A DNA stretch of 64,000 nucleotides from Candidatus Tayloriibacteriota bacterium (GTDB lineage Bacteria > Patescibacteriota > Minisyncoccia > Phycocordibacterales > PALSA-1337), in assembly GCA_003151615.1 (NCBI GenBank), contig PLXZ01000001.1, forward strand, positions 67,795 to 131,794, written 5' to 3'. Below, piece after piece: positions 1 through 9,453 of the stretch (position 1 is its first letter; every line of letters begins with the position of its first letter). The position numbers and the translations under genes are program-made. Under the pieces are notes generated by a model. It saw only the letters and a list, made by a program, of their open reading frames with translations. It did no database searches and was not told the DNA's origin.

Positions 1-252
1 GGTGAAAGAAATATTCCGCAAAGCAATTGAATTTCTGCGATGGGACAAAATGACGATTACTTCGAGGATAAACCAATACCAGTGACTCGCCATGCCGCCC
101 CACTGTGCAATCCACATTGGTGCGGGCATGACAATATAGGCATACAGAAATATCACCACTCCGAATGTTAAGACGATTGTCGGAACGAATTTGACGATTG
201 AAAATTTCTCCCCAACCGTCTGCGGAATTTCTTCCGCAGTTTCATTTTTCAT
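1..252 (-). CDS. hypothetical membrane protein, N-terminal part; gene continues beyond window start
   Basis: ATG at 252-250 on - strand; translation MKNETAEEIPQTVGEKFSIVKFVPTIVLTFGVVIFLYAYIVMPAPMWIAQWGG... hydrophobic and open to window edge; not in supplied ORF track because truncated. Confidence 0.35.
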   Translation of the reverse strand, partial: MKNETAEEIPQTVGEKFSIVKFVPTIVLTFGVVIFLYAYIVMPAPMWIAQWGGMASHWYWFILEVIVILSHRRNSIALRNISFT

Positions 253-342
253 ATGAATTTGGGTTGAGTTGTTAGAGTTTGTTTTACAAAGAACGGATCG
301 AAATCCGAAGTAAGTATAACACGCACGTTCGCCACATTTGCA

Positions 343-378
343 CAAAAAAAGAGGCCTCCGTTAGAAGGCCTCTTTGCG
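343..378. terminator. bidirectional intrinsic terminator (GAGGCCTCC-gtta-GAAGGCCTC hairpin, A-run 5' and T-run 3')
   Basis: perfect GC-rich stem flanked by aaaaaaa / tttg; lies directly downstream of stop of - strand gene 414..1907 and of the - strand partial gene 1..252 start region. Confidence 0.6.
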
Positions 379-413
379 TGACACTTTTGTTTCAGTGTCT
401 CTGAACTGCAGGA

Positions 414-1907
414 TCAGAAACGACGAACGGTTTTTTCGGGCCGTTCTTCGCTCTTCTCCGCACCGACGTTTTCGAGCACTGCAGCGAGATCCGGAATGAG
501 TTGCGCAGGAGTTTTTTCCTCCGATTTGTTCCGGTGTTTTTCCTCACGCATTGCCGCCTTGATTTGGGCAACTTTTTTCGGGTTCATTATGATACACCGA
601 TCGTTGCACCACATCTTGACGTAGCCCGGATCAAACGCGTATTTGATCGCCTCGATCAACGCCTGCATGGCGATTGTTGAGGCTTTTGCCGGATGCGTCA
701 GCGAACCGTTGTAAACCGCCTCGGCAACCTTGTGGTAGTGGATGCCTTCCACGTCCGGATGGTCACCCGCACAACCTAGCGCCTGCCAATCCGCCTTTGC
801 CTTTTGATCGGCCGGCAGACTCAGCCAACGGATCATGCGGACCAGATTCGCTAGAGACAAGCCCTGGTCGTTGAACACCCGTTTGTCGGTGAAGATTTGG
901 AAATTCCCTTCGGAATTCCGGACCAAAACAATATGATTGCCGAGCATACGCGCCGCTTTCGAGGCTTGAAGCGCGTCTGATTTGCAAACAAGGAGTTTAA
1001 TGATGTCCTTCCGGTTATAGAGGAGAGCCCTCACTTCAACCGGCTTCACTTTCTTGAGTTCTTCGATAACCGCCTGAAATTCCACAATGTCATTCTTCAG
1101 GCAGGCCAGGTAAAACTCGAACTGGGGCTCGACAACTTTTTTGTAGTCGTGAGGCGCACGGAACAGAGCCTTGATCACAAATGAAAACTCCGTCACGAGG
1201 TTGCCCTCGTTTTTGGCGCTTTCCCCGACAAGCTGTCCGATCCTGCTGACGACGCGCTGCATAGCCTTCAATTCCTCGTCAGCCTGCAACGCTTCCGCCC
1301 ACATAACCTTCAATGACTTTTCATCGGAGTTTTGGGCATAACGCAGGCGTTCGAGGTTGATGATCGCAATCACGGCAGTCGAGACGGTGCTGAACACAAC
1401 GTATGAATCCTTCTTCAGACTGCGATAGCCCACTTTCATGAGTTCCGCAAGCTGGGTCGGGGTATTGGTCGCATTCATGTCGCCTTCGAGAGTTTCGGCC
1501 AGAAGTTTTTTCAGTTCCGGCCTGTTCTCAATCCCGAGATATTTCGCAGCGAGTGTCGCCGCGCATTTCCCCTTGATCCGGCCGTTTTTAATGCCATCGC
1601 GATGTTCATCGAAACGGCCCTTGCAAACGCCGATGGGAAGTTCTCCGTTTTTGTCCCATTCGCTTTCGATGCCGACGATGTCGGCCTCGACGAAACGGAG
1701 TTGCGCTTTTCCGATTCCCGGAAACAAGGCCTCGCCATACATGCGAAGTATTGTGACCGCGACAACCTCATCGAGATGCGGTTGCTGGTGCAAAATGATC
1801 GTGTTGATCGGAATTGCTATTTTGGGCGCCGGTGTTTGGGTTGTTGCTGATGTTGTTTGTGCTGCTGGTGCCGTGCTGTCATTTTCTGTTTTTGTGCTCG
1901 AGTTCAT
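414..1907 (-). CDS. hypothetical protein, 497 aa; N-terminus has HxxxHxDEVVAVxIL motif resembling MYG1/UPF0160 metal-dependent hydrolase signature
   Basis: long uninterrupted ORF; motif HQQPHLDEVVAVTIL near N-terminus; no other recognisable motif. Confidence 0.5.
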   Translation of the reverse strand: MNSSTKTENDSTAPAAQTTSATTQTPAPKIAIPINTIILHQQPHLDEVVAVTILRMYGEALFPGIGKAQLRFVEADIVGIESEWDKNGELPIGVCKGRFDEHRDGIKNGRIKGKCAATLAAKYLGIENRPELKKLLAETLEGDMNATNTPTQLAELMKVGYRSLKKDSYVVFSTVSTAVIAIINLERLRYAQNSDEKSLKVMWAEALQADEELKAMQRVVSRIGQLVGESAKNEGNLVTEFSFVIKALFRAPHDYKKVVEPQFEFYLACLKNDIVEFQAVIEELKKVKPVEVRALLYNRKDIIKLLVCKSDALQASKAARMLGNHIVLVRNSEGNFQIFTDKRVFNDQGLSLANLVRMIRWLSLPADQKAKADWQALGCAGDHPDVEGIHYHKVAEAVYNGSLTHPAKASTIAMQALIEAIKYAFDPGYVKMWCNDRCIIMNPKKVAQIKAAMREEKHRNKSEEKTPAQLIPDLAAVLENVGAEKSEERPEKTVRRF

Positions 1908-2108
1908 TTAAGAACCTTTCGTTTTGTAGAGGCCGATAAGCCCCGGAGTTTGTGTTTTTTGTTTACTGTTTTACTTTCTGCAGTCCAATTTTCAAAGGAC
2001 ACTTACCAGGCCTTATTATAGCACATTTATAGCCTAAAAGTCAATAGTGCTAAATGGGTCTATTTTAAGTAGTATCAACGACAGAAACCCCAGAAAATAG
2101 GCTTTATT

Positions 2109-2396
2109 ATGATAAAAACACGCATCAACCTCGTTCTTTCGAAAGACGGCTGGGAACAGGAAATCAAGTCGGCGAAAATCTCCCCTCGCACGCAAAACCT
2201 GCTCATTTTGGCCATTCGGGCCCGGCGCGCAGGAAAAAAGACAATCGGTTACCCACAAATTGATCCCGCGCGGTTCGAAGACATCCTGCTCTACGAAATC
2301 GAAAGTATCGTCTTTGACGGAAAACACCTGGCCTTGGAATTAAAACTTGACCGGAACAACAGGTATATGTGCCTGCGTCGGACCCGTGCACCCTAG
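2109..2396 (+). CDS. hypothetical protein 95 aa
   Basis: ORF with ATG start; overlapped by antisense ORFs of similar size, so strand assignment uncertain. Confidence 0.3.
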   Translation: MIKTRINLVLSKDGWEQEIKSAKISPRTQNLLILAIRARRAGKKTIGYPQIDPARFEDILLYEIESIVFDGKHLALELKLDRNNRYMCLRRTRAP

Positions 2397-2436
2397 TGCA
2401 TGCAGTCCGGCTTTTTTTATTGTATAATTCTGGGAT

Positions 2437-2898
2437 ATGACGGAACCTATCATCGGATGGAATGCGCCCGAGCATTACTACTACGAAAAAAGTTCGGACT
2501 GGTATTGGGCGGTCGGCATCATCGCCGCGACGGCGACGGCTCTCGCCCTCATTTTCGGCCAGGTTATTTTTGGCATTTTTATCGTCGTTGCGACAATTAC
2601 ACTTTGCCTGCACGCGGGAATGAAACCGCGCATCGTCCGCTACGAAATCAATGACCGCGGGATTGCGATCAACGATGTGCTCTACCCTTTTCTCACCCTC
2701 GAATCATTTTGGATCGACACACTCCATCCCGAGCCGAAAATTTTGCTCAAATCAAGCAAGATGTTCATGACATATATTTCCGTGCCAATTGAAGAAGTCG
2801 ATCCCGAAGACGTGCGCACTGTTTTGTTGCGCTACATCGCCGAGACCGAACACGTCGAGCCTTTTTCGCAAAAACTGCTCGAAATCTTGGGCTTTTAA
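2437..2898 (+). CDS. small membrane protein, bacterial PH-domain (YdbS/DUF304-like) architecture: two TM helices then about 80-aa soluble domain
   Basis: YWAVGIIAATATALALIFGQVIFGIFIVVATITLCL hydrophobic pair followed by RYEINDRGIAINDVLYPFLTLESF. Confidence 0.45.
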   Translation: MTEPIIGWNAPEHYYYEKSSDWYWAVGIIAATATALALIFGQVIFGIFIVVATITLCLHAGMKPRIVRYEINDRGIAINDVLYPFLTLESFWIDTLHPEPKILLKSSKMFMTYISVPIEEVDPEDVRTVLLRYIAETEHVEPFSQKLLEILGF

Positions 2899-2948
2899 AA
2901 AAAGTATGGTACTGTGTGCGGGCGTCGGGGATTCACACTCGGCGCAAT

Positions 2949-2972
2949 TTCGTAAACAAATTCGTAAACAAA
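2949..2972. repeat. tandem direct repeat TTCGTAAACAAA x2 immediately upstream of tRNA
   Basis: exact 12-mer duplicated at 2949-2960 and 2961-2972. Confidence 0.6.
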
Positions 2973-2976
2973 AATC

Positions 2977-3048
2977 GCTCTTGTCGTTCAATGGATAGGA
3001 CACTCCCCTGCGAAGGGAGAAATGCAGGTTCGATTCCTGCCGGGGGCA
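2977..3048 (+). tRNA. tRNA-Arg, anticodon GCG as read from loop CTGCGAA; 72 nt, CCA not encoded
   Basis: cloverleaf: acceptor GCTCTTG/CGGGGGC (three G-U pairs), D-stem GTTC/GGAC with A20, anticodon stem CTCCC/GGGAG, variable AAAT, T-arm GCAGG-TTCGATT-CCTGC, discriminator A. Confidence 0.6.
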
Positions 3049-3130
3049 CACGCTAGTGCTAAGTCAAGTGACCTAGCAACCCTATGACTCAGACAGTTGA
3101 AAATCGTCCGCGTCAAGGTTCAGTTAAAGC

Positions 3131-3162
3131 AAAATATCACTCAATAATTGAGTGATATTTTG
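3131..3162. repeat. perfect inverted repeat AAAATATCACTCAAT/AATTGAGTGATATTTT followed by TTG; terminator or operator downstream of tRNA
   Basis: 15-bp perfect palindrome arms read directly. Confidence 0.5.
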
Positions 3163-3271
3163 TTAAAAGATCGATCATATGGTGATTATAAGATGCATTT
3201 CGGAAATAAAAATAGCCCGGCAAGTTTTTGCTTGCAGGGCTGCGTCTTCCCGAGGGAAGTGTTGGACTGTT

Positions 3272-3664
3272 TTAGCAGTCCGAATGGGCGATCGGTCCAG
3301 CTTGACACTGGATCTGGACAAGCATCGGCTGTGCCGGTGGCGTTCCCACTACACCTTTACAGCAGTTGAAGAAACTGAGCTGCAAGCCGTGACAGAAGTG
3401 CTTCGACGCCAAAGCGCGGAGCGTATCACCAGCATGGATACGGGTAAGCATCTTGCCGATCTCTGATGCCGGATCTTCCAGCCAATCGGCACTTCCACCG
3501 TTCTTCTGGGCTTCATGAGCTTTGGTGTGGAGTATATCGAGCGCTGGCTTGAGGTCGCGGCGCATGGCACCGACGAGCACCTGTTCCTGTTGTTCGGGAG
3601 AGATTGCCTCGCCGAGATTGATACCCAATTCCTGGGCGACTGTCTTGATGGATGGTAACGACAT
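3272..3664 (-). CDS. hypothetical protein (up to 130 aa; C-terminal part of ORF may be read-through)
   Basis: ORF immediately upstream of, and co-oriented with, the P-loop ATPase gene. Confidence 0.3.
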   Translation of the reverse strand: MSLPSIKTVAQELGINLGEAISPEQQEQVLVGAMRRDLKPALDILHTKAHEAQKNGGSADWLEDPASEIGKMLTRIHAGDTLRALASKHFCHGLQLSFFNCCKGVVGTPPAQPMLVQIQCQAGPIAHSDC

Positions 3665-3742
3665 AAAGAACTCCTTTTGTTGAATGAACTATTGCTAACC
3701 GCACCATGCGATCAGCGTTTAATTTTGCTCAAGTGAGCAGAA

Positions 3743-4435
3743 CTAAACGGTGACAACATTAAGTGGCCGTACTGCAAAGATAGCTTCTATGGCACGAGCA
3801 GTATCTATTTCTATCCCAGCATGTTTGTTATTGACAATGATGTGCGGAATATTTGTTAACCTTAATTCGCTTTTTATCTGTTCGGCGACACGAGCGCTGT
3901 TGACTGTCAGTTCCTGAACGATGACTGCTAAATCAACACCAGAGAGTATACCGGTCGCTACAGGATCAGTACCGGCGCGTTCGTCTATCACTACCACTTC
4001 ATTTTTATTGAGGTGAAGCAATGGCAAGTACACCTTGAGTGGAGCTGCGAGCGAATGGCTGCATGCTTCCTGGGAACGTACTCGATCCGTGTGAGGTCCG
4101 GCAGTTATAAGACGAAGACCATCCTCCAATTCAATTGATACGCTTGCAGTATATTGGTCGGCCGGGGTGAGGGCGAATACGATGTCGTGATCCTTTGCGA
4201 TTTTGAGTGCATTCAAATATGTGTCAGTTCGAGTTGAACCGACATGTTCCTTGATACGTTCGGGATCGTTACCCAAGAAAATGGCAGGCTCTGCTCCTAG
4301 GTTGTATGAAAGGTCCATATTGTGATCGGCATCTATAGCAAGTACACGTACCCCGCGTGCACGAAGCTCTTGGACGAATGCCGTCGCCATCGTCGATTTG
4401 CCTGACCCTCCTTTTCCCAAGAATGCTATTTTCAT
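3743..4435 (-). CDS. P-loop ATPase of ParA/MinD/CooC/ArsA (SIMIBI) class, 230 aa
   Basis: deviant Walker A MKIAFLGKGGSGKST with signature lysine; LAIDAD motif; no CooC CxC nickel motif. Confidence 0.7.
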   Translation of the reverse strand: MKIAFLGKGGSGKSTMATAFVQELRARGVRVLAIDADHNMDLSYNLGAEPAIFLGNDPERIKEHVGSTRTDTYLNALKIAKDHDIVFALTPADQYTASVSIELEDGLRLITAGPHTDRVRSQEACSHSLAAPLKVYLPLLHLNKNEVVVIDERAGTDPVATGILSGVDLAVIVQELTVNSARVAEQIKSELRLTNIPHIIVNNKHAGIEIDTARAIEAIFAVRPLNVVTV

Positions 4436-4516
4436 AGATGTAAGTAGTTTGCATCTATAATATACGCTATGCCATATATAATTGCAAATCGTTTACATTT
4501 GGTATATTATTACACC
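4436..4516. promoter_or_regulatory. divergent promoter region with imperfect palindrome TGCAAA-tcg-TTTACA (candidate Fur/Zur-type operator) and TATAAT-like hexamers
   Basis: ttgcaaatcgtttacatt between divergent ATPase and Fur-family genes; tataat at about 4457 and tatataat at about 4480. Confidence 0.3.
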
Positions 4517-4933
4517 ATGAAAAAAGACTATTCACTCATGCTCAAAAAGGTAGGGCTTAAGATCACTCCGGCGCGACAACATATCCTCGAGGCTTTTTCC
4601 GCTGACTGCAAGCCGGTCAATGCGGAATACATCCATGAGAGACTCAAAGGAAAAGATATTAATCTCGTGACTATATACCGCACTTTTACGTCCCTTGAAA
4701 AGGTTGGCATCCTCAAGAGAGTCGACCTTCGAAAGGGTTCGGTATATTACGAACTGGCCGACCATCATCACCATCATGTTGTTTGTACCGAATGCGGTAA
4801 GACGGAAAGTTTTGAAGTATGCGATGTTGATAAAATATCCCAAGGCGTACTGCGAAAGTCTCCGCTTTTTGAAACCATCGACCAGCACTCACTTGAACTC
4901 TATGGTATGTGTAAATCTTGCTCCAAGGTCTAG
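4517..4933 (+). CDS. Fur-family metal-dependent transcriptional regulator (Fur/Zur-like), 138 aa
   Basis: LKITPARQHIL DNA-recognition helix, HHHHH metal-binding run, CTECGK and CKSC CxxC pairs; start chosen at MKKDYS (4517), not the upstream in-frame ATG of the ORF track. Confidence 0.8.
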   Translation: MKKDYSLMLKKVGLKITPARQHILEAFSADCKPVNAEYIHERLKGKDINLVTIYRTFTSLEKVGILKRVDLRKGSVYYELADHHHHHVVCTECGKTESFEVCDVDKISQGVLRKSPLFETIDQHSLELYGMCKSCSKV

Positions 4934-4941
4934 ATTCACAC

Positions 4942-6096
4942 ATGAAGAAATTACTGCCGATTTTTATACTAGGTCTCATCATATCGCAGCCACTCTTTGC
5001 ACATGCTCAACAGTCGACTCCAGATCAAATAACTATCGTAAAAGCCCAGGTGATAAAAGTTGTAAGCCAGCAAGTTGAAGCGGTTCCGGGTACTCCCGTC
5101 AAAGATACGGATCAGTCACTCAATGCAGAGATTCTCGAAGGTGCTCAAAAAGGTCAAACTATAATTGTCGATGATGATCGGGTAATTCTAAACCCAGGCG
5201 ATATTTTTTATTTGACGATTGATGTTAGCTCAGTCGATGGTTCTGTCACATACTCTATCTCTGATGCATACCGCCTACCGTGGCTTGAAGGCCTTGTCGG
5301 ACTTTTTATTGTCTGTGTCCTCATCTTTGGCGGCAAGCAGGGGTTCAGAGGTTTGATCGCACTTGCGATAAGTTTTCTGGCGATTGGATATATTTTATTT
5401 CCAGGAATACTCAATGGCTATTCTCCAGTCCTCATGAGTATCGGGGTGGCATCGGTGATGATTATTCTTGGCTCGTATATTACACATGGTTTTAACAAGG
5501 TAACAACTTCTGCAGTCATTGGAATGGTCGTGACCATTATAGTCACAGGTTTACTCGCGTATGTGTCAATCCACGGAGCAAAACTGACGGGATTTGCGAA
5601 CGATGAATCAGTATCTCTGAATATGAATACAAATGGAACGATAGATTTTGCAGGACTTCTTTTGGGAGGAATAATTATCGGACTCCTCGGCGTACTCTAT
5701 GATGCCTCTATCGGTCAAGCTGTGGCAGTCGATGAACTGAGTCATATCGGTCCGCACTTACCGCGTGTTGTCATATTTCGCAGGGCATTACGCATGGGAC
5801 GTGAACATATCGGTGCTCTCGTTAACATCCTTGCTATTGCCTATGTCGGTGCTTCATTGCCTTTACTTCTTCTTTTTTATCAATCATCGGCAAATTTCGG
5901 TATGACTGTCAACAGTGAGATTTTCGCCACTGAAATAGTCCGTGCGATGGTCGGTTCAATAGGACTGATCTTGGCAGTTCCCGTCACGACACTGATTGCA
6001 ATACTTATGCTTATGAATAAAAAAGATAGTCAGACTGATGCAACAGTTGTTGCAGGTGAACTACGTAAAGTTGAAGAATTGGAACATCATCACTGA
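4942..6096 (+). CDS. YibE/F-family multi-pass membrane protein with N-terminal extracytoplasmic domain
   Basis: signal/TM MKKLLPIFILGLIISQPLFAHA, then soluble domain, then at least 6 hydrophobic helices with YDASIGQAVAVDEL motif typical of YibE/F. Confidence 0.55.
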   Translation: MKKLLPIFILGLIISQPLFAHAQQSTPDQITIVKAQVIKVVSQQVEAVPGTPVKDTDQSLNAEILEGAQKGQTIIVDDDRVILNPGDIFYLTIDVSSVDGSVTYSISDAYRLPWLEGLVGLFIVCVLIFGGKQGFRGLIALAISFLAIGYILFPGILNGYSPVLMSIGVASVMIILGSYITHGFNKVTTSAVIGMVVTIIVTGLLAYVSIHGAKLTGFANDESVSLNMNTNGTIDFAGLLLGGIIIGLLGVLYDASIGQAVAVDELSHIGPHLPRVVIFRRALRMGREHIGALVNILAIAYVGASLPLLLLFYQSSANFGMTVNSEIFATEIVRAMVGSIGLILAVPVTTLIAILMLMNKKDSQTDATVVAGELRKVEELEHHH

Positions 6097-6173
6097 TCGG
6101 GTCTACTACTGTAGCGATATTTCCCTATCCTTAAAGAGGGTGGAAAAACTCTCATACTTTGGGCAAATGTTAA

Positions 6174-6359
6174 TTATTTCCATCGATAAAGATGCACGGC
6201 AATATACATGGCGAGCATCCCAATCCAGAAGCCTCCGCACACTGTGACAACATCATGGAAGGGTGTCCAGATGACCCCAAACCATGAGAGCATTAGAATA
6301 ATTGCCCATACGACAGCGGCACCGATCACATATACATATAAAGGTCTTTTTTCTAGCAT
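6174..6359 (-). CDS. small membrane protein 61 aa
   Basis: two hydrophobic helices (VYVIGAAVVWAIILMLSWFGVIW..., GGFWIGMLAMYIAVHLY). Confidence 0.35.
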   Translation of the reverse strand: MLEKRPLYVYVIGAAVVWAIILMLSWFGVIWTPFHDVVTVCGGFWIGMLAMYIAVHLYRWK

Positions 6360-6473
6360 GGATTTTATTTATGTTTGAAGGTAACCCCTAGAGGGACTTA
6401 TCTCACAGTAGACGTGACACTTCGCATGCCATTACATAGACACCGAAAGTATACCAAGAAAGTTCGATTCCTG

Positions 6474-7554
<1,081 letters not shown>

Positions 7555-7556
7555 AT

Positions 7557-7907
7557 ATGAATGAATTAGACATACCCATCTTCAAAAAAAGTTACGATCT
7601 CTACAAAGATTTCTATAACCTGCGCCTATCCGTTCCCAAGCAAGACCGCTATACGCTTTGGCAGAAATGCGAAAGCCTACTGATTGAAGTTTTGGAAGGC
7701 ATCCTTCTCGCAAGTCAGCAGTCAAAGTCGGAAAAACTACCGACCCTAGAAAAGACGAGCGTCAAGTTGAATTTCCTTCGAGTCTGTATCCGCCTCATGA
7801 AAGACATTAAGGCGATTGACTCCAAGAAATATATCATCATCGAAGCGAATCTCGACGAAATCGGGAGAATGCTCGGGGGATGGATACGGTCAACAAAGGA
7901 GCGTTAA
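7557..7907 (+). CDS. avd: Avd-like accessory variability determinant (four-helix-bundle / 23S rRNA IVS protein family), 116 aa, on the opposite strand to RT, TR and target
   Basis: KSYDLYKDFY...PKQDRYTLWQKCESLLIEVLEGIL and C-terminal EANLDEIGRMLGGWIRS closely resemble the Bordetella phage Avd ...AEVGRILGSWIAR motif; start ATG 7557 lies 2 bp from the RT start codon (7554, opposite strand). Confidence 0.6.
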   Translation: MNELDIPIFKKSYDLYKDFYNLRLSVPKQDRYTLWQKCESLLIEVLEGILLASQQSKSEKLPTLEKTSVKLNFLRVCIRLMKDIKAIDSKKYIIIEANLDEIGRMLGGWIRSTKER

Positions 7908-7953
7908 CAGAAACTTCCGCTTTTGTGGCGGAAGTTTCTTTGGATAGAGTTTG

Positions 7954-8072
7954 ACTGCCTGGCAGCCGAAACACCGATATTGTCGTTGCGATTGTCGTCG
8001 TTCCAGTTGTTGACGTTGAGACCTGTGGAATCGAAGTTGCCGACGTTGACGTGGTTACCGTCCGAATCGAGA
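7954..8072 (-). repeat. DGR template repeat (TR), 119 bp, AAC-codon rich (LDSDGNHVNVGNFDSTGLNVNNWNDDNRNDNIGVSAAR in the VR frame)
   Basis: 119/119 alignable to 8424-8542; every internal difference is at an adenine of this copy (- strand). Confidence 0.85.
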
Positions 8073-8354
8073 TATTGCCCGTTCCCGTCCGCGTCACCGA
8101 GAATCGAGGTTTACTAGCTTTTCAGCTCTATATCCTCTCATCCCTGAATTGTATTCGAGAGCAGTTTTTTCAAAACACCTCCTCTAAAAACGGGCAAGAA
8201 GTTCTCTCTATCCTTAATCGCGCTCTGCCGTGATCCGTAAACCACTGGCACTCCGGCGATATCTCAAGGCGAGATATCTCGCGAGCTTGAACCGTGATCC
8301 AAGCTACAGTAGCAAGATGGAAATATCATATCGTTTTTTGTATATAAAAGAAAG

Positions 8355-8384
8355 AGCCTCCGCGAAAAAATTCGCGGAGGCTCA
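8355..8384. terminator. perfect 13-bp hairpin GAGCCTCCGCGAA-aaaa-TTCGCGGAGGCTC, about 40 nt downstream of VR and target gene stop
   Basis: read directly; on - strand followed by T-rich tract; position matches the hairpin/cruciform element required downstream of VR in characterised DGRs. Confidence 0.55.
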
Positions 8385-8421
8385 AGTGTTCAAGAGGGAC
8401 AAGCCCTCAAGGGATCAAGAA

Positions 8422-9225
8422 TCACTTCCTGGCAGCCGAAACACCGAGAGAGTCGTGGCGACTGTCGTCGTACCAGTGGCTGACGTAGAGACCTGTGGAA
8501 TCGAAGCGGCCGACGCGGACGCGGTAACCGTCCGAATCGAGACTGGACGTCCGAACGTAAACGCCTTCGAAGAGTCGGACACCACGAACCTCGAAATAGG
8601 TCGTGATGAACCAGCTCATCTCGGCAGCGTTCGGCACCTTCTCGAGTGCGGAGAGAAGCTTGTTCTGCTCGTTCCAGTTTTTGCTGGTCGAGTTCGAAAC
8701 AGGCGTCTTCTTGATCAGGAGCCAGCCGAAGGACGTCTTGTCCTCGCGGGCGAACTTCTGATCGGCATACCATCCACCAGTCTTCGAGTAGAAGTGGGCG
8801 GACTGGATCTCCCGAACGTCGAGCGTGGAGCACGCTTGCGGCGGTGCAGGCATGACGGCGTAACCGTTGTCCTTGCACCACTTGAGAATGTCCTCCGACG
8901 GCAGACTTTCAGCGAGTGCCGTGATCTGTTCGACGGTGTAAACGATGCTCGGGCGAGCCTTGGTGACTTCCTCGGGCGTAATGAAATCCGCGCCGAGGAT
9001 TGACTGAGCCAGACCGTAGTCGGGCGCTTTCGCTCCGAAGCGACGGATGCCTTCTGCGAGATACACGGCGAAGCCGGGATGCTCGTTCAGGATCTGTGCG
9101 CTTTCGTCGTTGAGTCCCGCCTTGTTGTATTGGGCGCGGAACGTTTCGGTAGCTCTCTGTCCTTTCGGACTGTCTGCGGTTACCAGTGCAGACGTGTTCA
9201 ATGTTTTCATCGACATCATCTCCAT
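8422..9225 (-). CDS. DGR target (variable) protein, 267 aa, C-terminal ligand-binding region encoded by VR (...GYRVRVGRFDSTGLYVSHWYDDSRHDSLGVSAARK*)
   Basis: VR occupies last 39 codons and ends 2 codons before TGA stop; antisense ORFs 8230..9003(+) and 8390..8881(-) judged spurious. Confidence 0.75.
   Translation of the reverse strand: MEMMSMKTLNTSALVTADSPKGQRATETFRAQYNKAGLNDESAQILNEHPGFAVYLAEGIRRFGAKAPDYGLAQSILGADFITPEEVTKARPSIVYTVEQITALAESLPSEDILKWCKDNGYAVMPAPPQACSTLDVREIQSAHFYSKTGGWYADQKFAREDKTSFGWLLIKKTPVSNSTSKNWNEQNKLLSALEKVPNAAEMSWFITTYFEVRGVRLFEGVYVRTSSLDSDGYRVRVGRFDSTGLYVSHWYDDSRHDSLGVSAARK
8424..8542 (-). repeat. DGR variable repeat (VR), 119 bp, forming the 3' end of target gene 8422..9225
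   Basis: 15 substitutions relative to TR, all at TR adenines (TR AAC to VR TAC/CGC/AGC/CAC; AAT to AGT/TCT); one extra non-A difference at the 3' end (IMH versus IMH*-like). Confidence 0.85.
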
Positions 9226-9453
9226 TTGCTGATTTACCGAGAACGCTCGGAACGACTTGCCTCAGTTTGAGACGAGCTTTCTAGGCCCTGATTTAAGGCT
9301 CAAAAAGCTCGTCTCAATGTCTATTGAATCTTGAATTACAAGGAACTTTACAGCTCGATAATAACATATTTGAGTAGCAAAGTCAATGGTTTGGGCATCT
9401 AGCTACTGTAGCAAGAGTATTTTTGAGTTCGAACTTGTGATATGCTTTGGGGT

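Noticed and set aside
2977-3048. tmRNA 3' tRNA-like domain (GGTTCGATTCC + acceptor) or a - strand tRNA
   Set aside because: A complete 72-nt cloverleaf with D-arm and anticodon arm fits on the + strand. No upstream tag-peptide reading frame or 5' GGGG...pairing partner for a tmRNA was found. The - strand carries the complement of the T-loop motif.
4469-4516. Upstream in-frame extensions of Fur (MPYIIANRLHLVYYYT), YibE/F (MLQGLDSH), YebC, RnpA, L34, holA and the 620-aa island protein
   Set aside because: The extensions lack homology to the family N-termini. Internal ATGs restore canonical N-termini (signal peptide, conserved YebC/L34 starts) and remove gene overlaps.
7837-8097. ORF 7837..8097 (-) and ORFs 7923..8117, 8051..8233 (+) over the TR
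   Set aside because: They overlap the non-coding template repeat. The Thr/Ser-rich translation reflects the AAC/GTT-rich TR rather than a gene.
8230-9003. Long + strand ORF (257 aa) and - strand ORF 8390..8881 overlapping the DGR target gene
   Set aside because: The TR/VR alignment fixes the VR frame on the - strand ORF 8422..9225, whose stop lies 2 codons after the repeat. The overlapping ORFs arise from the GC-rich, stop-poor composition and have no motifs.
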